The notes under the pieces were generated by a model that did not search any database, was not told the DNA's origin, and saw nothing but the letters and a program-made list of their open reading frames with translations. From positions 208,605-272,604 of the forward strand of contig CAWGBX010000005.1 of NCBI GenBank assembly GCA_963820925.1: a stretch of 64,000 bases of DNA, written 5' to 3'. This document shows, piece after piece, positions 31,115 to 39,825 of the stretch; the first letter of the stretch is position 1; every line of letters begins with the position of its first letter. A program made the position numbers and the translations under genes. The DNA is from an uncultured Acidobacteriota bacterium. GTDB lineage: Bacteria > Acidobacteriota > Terriglobia > Terriglobales > Acidobacteriaceae.

Positions 31115-31934
31115 TCAGCTCGTCTTCGCCTTCCCGGGAGGAGCCAACGCGACGGCAGCCTCGGTGGTGAGCAGGAGGAAAGTGAACGTCTCCTGCAGGT
31201 ACAGGCGGACAGCCGTATCGGTGTGGCTGAGGTAGCCGATGGAGACGTCCTGGCCGATGTGCAGGTCGAAATCGCCGCCACGAGTGGTCAGCACGAAAGC
31301 GCCGGCAATGGCGGGCGCCCAGATGATTTGATCGTTGACCAGCCGCTTGACGTGCTCCAGCACCGGGTATCCGTGGTCGCTGGTCTCGGCGAGTGCGGTG
31401 TAAGCGTCGGCGCCGAGCAGCACCGAGTAGGGGCCGTTGACACCGACGAGACGTAAGCTGGCTCAAGCCTTGCGCAATGGCTTCCGGATACTCGCGCACG
31501 TCGGCGGGGAGCGTCATGATTGGATTGCTGGTTCCCTGACGGATACCCCCGATGCCGGCGGCGGCATAGCCCTCAAATATGGCGCCGTCCTCGGCAAAGG
31601 CGATCTGTCGCGCGGCGTCCTTCGCCGGTTGCCAGTCTGAGTCGTTCGCGCCACGATCGACATCGTCGATCGCCTGGCGATCCAGCTCGAACGGAACGCG
31701 CAGCTCGACCAGCGCCTTCACCTCGCGCTGTCTTGCGACGATGCCCTTCGCCGGGGCCGCGATCGTCCGCAGGTGGCCGGTGCCGACGGCAGAAAGGCCG
31801 CTGCCGGCCGGCCCCTTCACGTCGACGACGCGCCGTCCGGCAAGATAGCGCTTGAGCGTGCGCGATGTTTCCTCTTCGATCTGAGCCCATGCCGAATCGG
31901 AAATGGGGGCAAGTTCGCGATGGAGGTTATTCAT
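31115..31934 (-). pseudogene. Family 1 encapsulin shell protein (linocin M18-like), frame broken by 1-nt indel near 31454-31456
   Basis: MNNLHRELAPISDSAWAQIEEETSRTLKRYLAGRRVVDV... matches the Mycobacterium Cfp29-type encapsulin from memory; C-terminal half (LLGADAYTALAETSDHGYPVLEHVKRLV...GGDFDLHIGQD...LYLQETFTF) is in another frame. Deleting one A restores ...AQGLSQLRLVGVNGPYSVLLGADAYT. Confidence 0.8.
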
Positions 31935-33008
31935 GTCGGATGTCTCCTTTGAGGGAACCGATGCCGAGCGAACCCTCGCGCACCGATGCGATGGATGGAG
32001 TGGGATCAGCCGGCGCCGCGCGAGGGATCCGCTCCGTCGGTCAGCGGTCTCCAGAAACGTAGCCGATGGCACGAAGAACAGGTTCCCGGTGACAGCGCGG
32101 CTGAAGTCGAGCAGACGGTCGTAGTTGCCGGGCGGGCGACCGATGAACATGTTCTCGAGCATCTGCTCGATGGTGCGCGGCGAACGGCTGTAGCCGATGA
32201 AATAGGTGCCAAATTCACCTTGCGCAGGACGCCCGAAGGGCATGTTGTCGCGCAGGATCTTGATCTCTTTCCCGTTCTCGACGATGGTCGTGAGCGCGTT
32301 GTGCGCCGAGGTTGGCTTGACGGAATCGTCCAATTCGATGTCGGACAGCTTGGTGCGGCCGATGATGCGTTCTTGCGCCTCGGTGGAGAGCGCATTCCAT
32401 GCCTCAAGGTCGTGGAGATATTTCTGCACGATGACGTAGCTGCCGCGCGGCAAAACGCAGCGTCCTCGTCGCCGATGAGCACGGCATCGATCGCCGCCGC
32501 CCCCCTGGGGTTTTCCGTCCCGTCGACGAAGCCCATGAGATCGCGGTCGTCGAAGTAACGGAAGCCGTGCACTTCGTCCACCGGCGAAACGGCATTTCCG
32601 ATGCGCGCCATGATCTGCGTGGCCAGCTCGAAGCAAAGATCCATGCGCTTCGGCGCGGATGTGGAACAGCAAGTCGCCTGGCGTCGAGACCGCGTGGCGC
32701 GCTCCGGCGCGAATCTCCCGGAATGGATGCAGTTCTGCCGGTCGGGGCGGCCCGAAGAGGCGGTCCCACGCGTCGGACCCAAACCCCATGACGCAGGAAA
32801 GTCCCCCTTCAAGATCGCGAAATTCCACCGCGCGCACCAGCGCGGCGAGGTCTCCGCAGAACGAGCGCACGGTGGCGCGATCGTCAACGCCTGGCTTGAG
32901 CGTCACGACCAGGAAGATCGCGGCGCGGGTAAGCGGCGCGGCTATCGGCTGAGCGAGGGCAGGCAAGCCACCTGCCGCTGGGGGCGCGCTCATCGGACTC
33001 GGCTCCAT
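31927..33008 (-). pseudogene. DyP-type (dye-decolorizing) peroxidase encapsulin cargo with C-terminal targeting peptide; 3 frame disruptions
   Basis: N-terminal AIFLVVTLKPG...LLFHIRAE in frame 1, middle LCFELATQIMARIGNAVSPVDEVHGFRYFDDRDLMGFVDGTENP in frame 2, then GSYVIVQKYLHDLEAWNAL...GEFGTYFIGYSR...NLFFVPSATFL in frame 1. A third frame ends ...EGSLGIGSLKGDIRHE* with the TAA overlapping the encapsulin ATG (cATGAATAA). Confidence 0.8.
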
Positions 33009-33339
33009 CGGGTGTCATCCTGGTGGCGTGCGAAAGTTGGGACCGCAAGCTTACCACCGCTTGCCGGCGAACGTCCAACCGCCGACGGGCTTGACTGTTG
33101 TTTGGAATGGGTTATTCGCGAAGGATCAATTCTGGAGCGCGGTTGTGACGTGTCGACTCTTACGCGAATTGCGGGACACTCGAATATCAGCATCTCTCAA
33201 CGTTACGTTCATCCCTCCAATGCTGTGCTAAATGCGCTTTCACCTTTAAGTGGACACAATTCTGGGCACATTGCCGAAAATGCGATTCCTGCAAGGTCTG
33301 GGGAATTGCGGCTAAGCACCGCTAATTATGAGCATTAGA

Positions 33340-33420
33340 TGGTGAGCGCGGTAGGAATCGAACCTTCAACCTACTGATTAAGAGTTGTCGCACCTCAGCA
33401 GGTTCAACAGCAACGATCAC
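33340..33420 (-). other. tRNA-like 3' fragment (T-arm GGTTCGATTCC + acceptor 3' strand + ACCA) without a recognisable matching 5' half
   Basis: Minus-strand reads ...GAAGGTTCGATTCCTACCGCGCTCACCA; I could not pair a 5' acceptor strand or build a full cloverleaf from the upstream 60 nt. Confidence 0.3.
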
Positions 33421-33699
33421 CATGTGAAATCAACCACTTGCCCACCACCTAGCCCGCACGGAAGCACTCAGTCGAAGTAGCGAAAAAGCCCGTATTGGCG
33501 CGCATCGGCTCGAACTGTACGGCACATTCTGCGGCACACCTCTACACATCGTGTGAGAAACTGCCTCACCGCTATTTCTCAGGATTTTCTCAGCGAGATT
33601 TCAGGGTCGCCAAAGGACATTCGCATCGTGCGCCGCTAATCTCACACCATCTCACGTGGACTTGGCCAAAGGGCAAGTCCGAAAAAAGGATGGTGCGGT

Positions 33700-34479
33700 A
33701 TGGCAAAACGTTTGGCGGTGTTTATGTATGGCCTGGTCAGCTACGTGGCGTTTTTCGTGACATTCGTATACGCCGTAGGATTCATCGGCAATTTATTTGT
33801 TCCGAAGTCGATGGACTCCGCGGCCCAGATGTCGTTCTGGCCGGCTCTGGGTATTGATGCTCTACTGCTGCTGCTGTTCGCAGTGCAGCACAGCCTGATG
33901 GCACGGCCTGCATTCAAGGAAGTGCTGACGCGACTCATTCCGGCGGCTGCCGAGCGCAGTACATACGTGTTGTGCTCCAGCCTGTTGCTCATCGCGTTGT
34001 TCGCCTTTTGGCAACCAATCGGTGGCGTGGTTTGGAACTTCACCAATCCGGTCGTTCAGAATGTCATCAACACGGTGTTCGGTTTGGGCTTCGCACTGGT
34101 GTTCGTCGCGACGTTGTTGATCAACCACTTTGATCTGTTCGGACTTCGTCAGGTCGCGTTGTATCTTGCGCGCAAGCCATATACCTACCTGGAATTTCGC
34201 ACACCTCTGTTCTACCGTTACGTGCGTCATCCTCTGTACGTGGGTTGGTTGATCGCCTTCTGGGCTACTCCAACGATGACCGGCGCACACCTTCTGTTCG
34301 CAGTGCTCACGTCCGCCTACATTCTGATGGCGATCCGCTGGGAAGAGCGCGATTTGGTCGTCGTTCACGGTTCGAAGTATCAGGAATATCAGAAGCGTGT
34401 GCCCAAACTGATCCCGTCGCTCGCACCGTATTGCGCCTCCGACGAAAGGACGGCGCAGGCACGCACTTCAGCGGCGTAA
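33700..34479 (+). CDS. ICMT-family membrane methyltransferase (MddA-like/phospholipid methyltransferase-like)
   Basis: Multi-TM protein with RHPLYVGWLIAFWATP motif (RHPxY.G signature of isoprenylcysteine carboxyl methyltransferase family); 259 aa. Confidence 0.55.
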   Translation: MAKRLAVFMYGLVSYVAFFVTFVYAVGFIGNLFVPKSMDSAAQMSFWPALGIDALLLLLFAVQHSLMARPAFKEVLTRLIPAAAERSTYVLCSSLLLIALFAFWQPIGGVVWNFTNPVVQNVINTVFGLGFALVFVATLLINHFDLFGLRQVALYLARKPYTYLEFRTPLFYRYVRHPLYVGWLIAFWATPTMTGAHLLFAVLTSAYILMAIRWEERDLVVVHGSKYQEYQKRVPKLIPSLAPYCASDERTAQARTSAA

Positions 34480-34540
34480 TTGCGACAAAAAGAAAGGGCG
34501 GTTCACGCCGCCCTTTGCGCTTCCAAATGTAAGAAATTCC

Positions 34541-35770
34541 TTACGAGGCGAAGACTCCTGTTACTGGTGCGGCGGTTCCCTCGTTCCAGCCCAAGAACCC
34601 TGAGACCTCCTCGACCAACTGCTCCCATGCGACGTCCCCCGGGGCGACCATGTGACTGCGGCTGGGCAGTTCGACAAAGCGCGCACCGGGAATTCGTGCC
34701 GCGATTAGCTTTCCCTCTTGCACTGGGACTGCGCCATCGTCGCGCGAGTGCAGCACCAGCGTTGGGCAGCTGATCTTCGGCAGCATGTCGAGAACCCTGA
34801 TGTTGGGAAACTCCGCCATCATGTGCGCGGCGTTTTCGGGTGACGATGAGACACGCTGCAATTCGTTAAGCCATGCCGCCTCGACTGCCTCCGCGTCTGG
34901 TTTGAATAGAGTTGTCCACAACTGTCGGAACGCGGGATTGTCGCGTCCCCATCCGGAACGGATAAGCGTGAGCATCGCCTGTAGGTGCTCCTGCGCTCCG
35001 GGACCCGGCGCCGGCCAGCCGTTCGCGAAGGTTCCGTTGATGATCAGCCTCGTTACTCGCTCGGGGTGGCGCGCTGCGTACGCGATTCCTACCGCGGCGC
35101 CCTGGCAACCACCCAAAATGGAAAACTTTTCCAGGCCCGCGGCATCTACGAGTTCTTCAAAGTCCTGGATCGTCCGCTCAAATGAAAAATCGCTAATGTT
35201 CCAATCCGAAAGCCCGCTGCCGCGCTGATCGTACCGCAGCAGCGTGTTGTGTCTCATGATCTCTGACAGCCACCGCCGACTCGGCGGGGTCTTCCACTCG
35301 AAATCTAGGTGATTGAGCCAATGGATAGTACGCACTAGCGCCGGGCCGTGACCCGCGATGTTGTACGCGATCCGCGCGCCGTCGCTCGTGGTGAGGAATT
35401 CGATCTGCTGGTGCGGAGCGTCGGATGAATATACGGCTGACTCTAATCGGATCAATCGACCCTGAGGCGTTGGGGTAGTCACCTCGGCAACGAATCGATA
35501 GCCGTGCCGTGGCACGGTTTCGATATATTTCGCCGGATGGAGCAGTTTCCGCAGCTGCGAAATGCAATAGTCTAAATTGTTGTCTTCAACGACGGAGTCC
35601 GGCCATACGGACTCCATGAATGCGTCCTTGCGCACAAGCTTACCGGCGTTCTCGACCAGCACGCGCAGAGTGTCGAACAGTTTGCCCCGCAGGCGGATTT
35701 CCTCGTTGTCACGAAGCAGCCTGCGCTCGTCCACATCGAGGACGTAATTGCCAAAAAGATAATGCGCCAT
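34541..35770 (-). CDS. Winged-helix (OmpR/CadC-type trans_reg_C) DNA-binding domain fused to an alpha/beta-hydrolase fold
   Basis: N-terminal LFGNYVLDVDERRLLRDNEEIRLRGKLFDTLRVLVENAGKLVRKDAFMESVW; C-terminal hydrolase-like region; start taken at MAHYLF (track ORF starts 17 codons upstream). Confidence 0.55.
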   Translation of the reverse strand: MAHYLFGNYVLDVDERRLLRDNEEIRLRGKLFDTLRVLVENAGKLVRKDAFMESVWPDSVVEDNNLDYCISQLRKLLHPAKYIETVPRHGYRFVAEVTTPTPQGRLIRLESAVYSSDAPHQQIEFLTTSDGARIAYNIAGHGPALVRTIHWLNHLDFEWKTPPSRRWLSEIMRHNTLLRYDQRGSGLSDWNISDFSFERTIQDFEELVDAAGLEKFSILGGCQGAAVGIAYAARHPERVTRLIINGTFANGWPAPGPGAQEHLQAMLTLIRSGWGRDNPAFRQLWTTLFKPDAEAVEAAWLNELQRVSSSPENAAHMMAEFPNIRVLDMLPKISCPTLVLHSRDDGAVPVQEGKLIAARIPGARFVELPSRSHMVAPGDVAWEQLVEEVSGFLGWNEGTAAPVTGVFAS

Positions 35771-35977
35771 TGTCAAGCCGCAACCCGCGTCGGGGGCCAC
35801 AGGAAAGCCGCGGGTCTCCACATGCTCGCTATTCTACTATCTGTCTTGCCCAGGCCGGCTTGTCTCTACACGAACCCTGCGGAAACGATTCTTCATCGCG
35901 AGTTCCAACCCTGGCTTTCATCGTGCACCAAAACGCTTCAGCGTTGCGCGGTAAGCCGCAAAGCCCTCTGCTGGCGT

Positions 35978-36984
35978 CTAATCATCCGGCGTGGATTTCT
36001 CCTGCCGTGGCGGTTCAGCCTTGGCAGACCTCGACCGACTACGAAAACGTGCGGGGGGAATTTCAAACTCGCGTTTGAATGCCCGGTTAAAAGCGGCTTC
36101 GGACTCATAGCCGACTTCCGATCCGATCTGTGCCACTGAGTAACTGGTCGAGACCAGCATCTGCGCTCCCAGTTGGAGACGCCAGCGCGTCAGGTACGCC
36201 ATTGGAGGTTCGTTGAGGTAGTGCCGGAAGCGCTCGGCCAGTACCGATCGTGATACCCCTGCTTCTTTGGCCAAGGAAGCGATGGTCCACGGATGTGCCG
36301 GGTTCCGGTGCATCAGCGCCAGCGACTTTCCGACCTCCGAATCGCGGGCGCCGGCCAGCCAACCGGTTTGTTCAGGTGGAAGGTGCGCAATGTAGGTCCG
36401 CAGTGTTTCAACAAACAAAACCTCCGATAGTTTTGCCAAGACTGCTTCTCCGCCGGCGCGGGATGCGATCGGTCTCGTTCACCGAAAACCGTATTGAATT
36501 CTCCAGCCATCTGCCCGAGGCATCGTTGCGAATGCTGACCTTGAACACTGAAGGTAGGCCGCTGAGAAAAACCTGGCTGAGTCGTGGCTCACAGGCCATA
36601 AAGCCACAGACAAACTTGGTCATTTCCCCTCCGCCGCCCATGCGTGACAGCTTCAATCCCTGGGCGACAATTCGCGCTATTTCCTTCGCCATGTCCACAG
36701 ACTTCGTTGCCGGGCCGTTTTCGAGGATGTGCGCGTCACCGTGGGGAAAGATCACGATGTCGCCGGTGTCAAGCGCAATGCGCTCGCCATCCACCAGACG
36801 GGCAGAGGCGTCGTCCCTGCGTGAGTAAGTGGTAAACGATAACGTGTCTCGCACCCGGCGCCACATAGGGCGCAATCGTGGCAGAAGCCGGTGAACAAAA
36901 ACTCCACGGGGAGGAGAATTCTCCGTTATAGAACATGGCCCCTTGGAGTTTCACGACCTTCAGCACTTCGGAAAGCACATCCAT
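35978..36984 (-). pseudogene. AraC-family regulator (N-terminal cupin + C-terminal HTH_AraC) split over three frames
   Basis: MDVLSEVLKVVKLQGAMFY... (frame x), ...LVDGERIALDTGDIVIFPHGDAHIL...GGGEMTKFVCGF... (frame y), LAKLSEVLFVETLRTYIAHLPPEQTGWLAGARD...HTH (frame z); the order matches a known AraC subfamily. Confidence 0.6.
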
Positions 36985-37170
36985 ACAGCCTCCCGGCAAA
37001 CCGCACCCAGACTCTTGAGCAAACCATCATACGGCAACTAAGTCGTGAGCAAAGAAATCGGACGCGCGGACAAGTCCCGCAGGAATCTTGCGGCATAGTA
37101 GCTACGTCGAATCAACCAAAGCTGAGCATCGCTGGTCGATTCAAAATTCGAACAAATTGGAGGAGGAAGT

Positions 37171-37672
37171 ATGGAAGTCATTCAAGGGAAACCAATCGGG
37201 GAAGCTTTAGCCCGACAGCCGGAGTCCTATTCGCCGGCCTTAAGAGTAACAAGAATGGCCGAATCCGATCCCACGAGGTACTTGCGTATCGCATTACGAT
37301 TGGTGGGTGCTGGCCTTCATCGTTGGGATTTACACGTTCATTAACGTTTGGCCGTCCGGCTGGTCCTGGCACGCCGGACCGTCGCATCACCTGCCGCATT
37401 ACCTGCAGATGATTCTGGGGGTTTACGCAACACTGGGTGTGTTTCTGCTGATCGCGAGCCGCAATCCGCTCGCACACTTGAGCCTCATCTGGTTCACGGT
37501 GTGGTCCAGCCTTGTACACGCTGCAATCATGGCAGTCCAGGCGCTGACAAATCCGGACCAAATTGCACACCTTTGGGGTGATGTTCCGGCACTGCTTGTT
37601 TTCGCTGCCGTCCTTGCGTTTCTGACCCCACGAGGCACGGTAGCGACTGCCCTTGCAGCAGGCAAAAAGTAA
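37171..37672 (+). CDS. Hypothetical small protein / 4-TM membrane protein (two overlapping frames, possibly one gene with a frameshift)
   Basis: ATG 37171 with strong RBS GGAGGAGG gives a 57-aa ORF; a hydrophobic 121-aa ORF (GTG 37307) follows in another frame. Confidence 0.3.
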
Positions 37673-37696
37673 GAACCTAAAGAGACTGGAGGAAAC

Positions 37697-38518
37697 ATGA
37701 GCACAACGACAACTGCAGTGGAAATCGACAGTCTGAAGACACGGCTGAAAGAAACCTGGATGGCTGGAGACTACGACCGCTTCTCGCGGTATATGGAGCA
37801 GGGCGCACGCATCTTCTACGAACAGCTCGATATTCCCGCTGGATGCCAACTGCTTGATGTCGCTTGCGGATCGGGTCAGGTCGCGCTATGGGCGGCACGC
37901 GATGGAGTGAATGCTACAGGCGTGGACATCGCGCCGAACCTGGTGCAACGGGCGCAGGCGCGTGCCAAGGCGGAAGGGCTCAACGCTCGTTTTATGGAAG
38001 GCGATGCCGAAGCGCTCCCATTTGAGGATGGCAGCTTCGACGTCGTCACCAGCCTTGTGGGAGCCATGTTCGCCCCACGTCCGGAACTGGTGGCTCGCGA
38101 ACTGCTGCGGGTGTGCAGTCCCGGAGGCACCATCGCCATGGGAAATTGGACGCCCCAAGGGTTCGTGGGACAAATGTTCAAAACCTTTGCCAGGTTCATC
38201 GCCCCTTCCGGCATGCCGGCTCCGGTGTTGTGGGGAGATGAGTCTGTAGTGCGCGAGAGGCTGGGCCCCGGGGTCTCGGACCTTACGATGACACGGCGTG
38301 ACTATAACTTCACATACCCCTTCCCGCCGGCTGAGGTCGTCGAATTCTTCCGTCAGTATTACGGACCGACAAATCGGGCATTCGCCTCGCTAAGTGGAGA
38401 CTCCGCGAAGAGCTTGCGCGACGAACTAGTAGGGTTGTGGTCTGAACACAATCGCGGAGGGGATGAACTCACTGTAGTTGCAGCGGAGTATCTGGAAGTG
38501 GTTGCGATCCGCGCCTAA
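37697..38518 (+). CDS. Class I SAM-dependent methyltransferase
   Basis: Motif I LLDVACGSGQVALWAA; post-I acidic residue; 273 aa. Confidence 0.8.
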   Translation: MSTTTTAVEIDSLKTRLKETWMAGDYDRFSRYMEQGARIFYEQLDIPAGCQLLDVACGSGQVALWAARDGVNATGVDIAPNLVQRAQARAKAEGLNARFMEGDAEALPFEDGSFDVVTSLVGAMFAPRPELVARELLRVCSPGGTIAMGNWTPQGFVGQMFKTFARFIAPSGMPAPVLWGDESVVRERLGPGVSDLTMTRRDYNFTYPFPPAEVVEFFRQYYGPTNRAFASLSGDSAKSLRDELVGLWSEHNRGGDELTVVAAEYLEVVAIRA

Positions 38519-38700
38519 GGTTCAGTATCGCAGTCTGAATCAGAGGCCTTGAGATCGACGCAGCGGCATTGGAGAAGGCCATCAGCGTTTCTGAAGCGAA
38601 GTACTGAGGCCGGCCGGCCGTATATCACTTCCAGACGAGCCACGCCAACCTCGGAAGGGACTAGCGGAAGGTCGAAGCCGCAATCGTCTAGGGGGATGCC

Positions 38701-39825
38701 ATGAATACTGGGAATCCAGGACTAAGACTCGCCGTTTTAGTAGTAGCCGCTATGCTCGGCTTCAGCAGTTGCTCAACTCAACAACAATCGAAAGCCTCAT
38801 CCACAGAAACCGTGCGAGACGTTTCCGTGCTCGCGGTTAAACAAGCCAACATTCCCGATGTGCTGGAGGCGGTAGGAACAGTGCGCGCTGAGCAGACCAG
38901 CGATCTCGCGAGTCAGATGATGGGGAACATTGTCGAAATCCGGGTTCACGAGGGAGATCGGGTTCATCGAGGTCAAGTGCTCGCCGTCATCGACGACTCC
39001 CAGCCGCGAGCCGCGGTGGACCGCGCCACCGCGGCCGATCTTGCTGCCCAGCAACAACTCGTCGCCGCGGATTCCGACCTGGCCCTGGCGGAATCGACGT
39101 TGAAGCGTAACCAATACCTCTACGATCAGAAGATCGTGAGCCAGCAGGAATTCGACGAAGTGAAAACCCGTCAGGAAGCTAATCTCGCGCGGCGCGACTT
39201 TGCAAAGGCAGGCCAGGCCCAGGCGCGGGCCGTATTGAATCAGGCTATGACTTCACTGGGCTATACGCGGATTCGGGCTCCGTTCAACGGCGTTGTTACG
39301 CATAAGAAGTCTGATTCTGGGACATTAGCTTCACCCGGAATGCCGATCTTCACTGTCGAGGATACGAGTCGCTATCGCCTGGAAGTCGCTGTCAACGAGA
39401 GCGATGTGCGGTATGCAAGAGAAGGAGGGCAGGTTTCGATTGCGATTGAAGCCTTGGGCAACGTAGCACTGACGGGCAAGGTAGTGGAGATCGTTCCGGC
39501 CGCGGACCCCGCGAGTCGGGCGTTTTTGGTGAAGATCGAGTTGCCCACAGACACACGGCTACGTTCGGGGCTATTTGGCCGGGCCCAGTTTTCTCGCGGC
39601 AAGCAACAGGCGCTGCTGATTCCCCGCTCGGCAGTGATCGAACGCGGTCAATTGCAGGGTGTTTTCGTGCTGGACCAGAACAAGGTTGCGAGCCTGCGTT
39701 ATGTCAGCTTGGGAAAGTTCTCGGGGGCCGAAATCGAAGTGCTCTCCGGGCTTCAGGGTGGCGAGTGGTTTGTAGCCAATCCGGGTGACCGGGACCTGAA
39801 CAGCAAGCGCATCGAGGGCGAGTAA
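38701..39825 (+). CDS. Efflux RND transporter periplasmic adaptor (membrane fusion protein)
   Basis: Signal/lipobox-like N-terminus (GFSSCST), coiled-coil + beta-barrel pattern, immediately upstream of the RND permease. Confidence 0.85.
   Translation: MNTGNPGLRLAVLVVAAMLGFSSCSTQQQSKASSTETVRDVSVLAVKQANIPDVLEAVGTVRAEQTSDLASQMMGNIVEIRVHEGDRVHRGQVLAVIDDSQPRAAVDRATAADLAAQQQLVAADSDLALAESTLKRNQYLYDQKIVSQQEFDEVKTRQEANLARRDFAKAGQAQARAVLNQAMTSLGYTRIRAPFNGVVTHKKSDSGTLASPGMPIFTVEDTSRYRLEVAVNESDVRYAREGGQVSIAIEALGNVALTGKVVEIVPAADPASRAFLVKIELPTDTRLRSGLFGRAQFSRGKQQALLIPRSAVIERGQLQGVFVLDQNKVASLRYVSLGKFSGAEIEVLSGLQGGEWFVANPGDRDLNSKRIEGE

Noticed and set aside
31500-32100. Arg-rich ORFs 31520-31855, 31573-31890, 31579-31848 and 32404-32769 over the DyP/encapsulin locus
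   Set aside because: Shadow frames of the high-GC DyP/encapsulin genes; the real coding signal is in the frames carrying the DyP and encapsulin motifs
33340-33700. tmRNA (ssrA) hypothesis for the tRNA-like 3' end, with a GGGCUUUUUCGCUACUUCGAC-like 5' element at ~33483
   Set aside because: The two elements are only ~150 nt apart (tmRNA is ~350 nt) and the putative 5' and 3' acceptor strands do not pair
33495-33857. 120-aa ORF in the gap before the MddA-like gene
   Set aside because: Overlaps the well-supported 33700-34479 gene out of frame, has no RBS and odd composition
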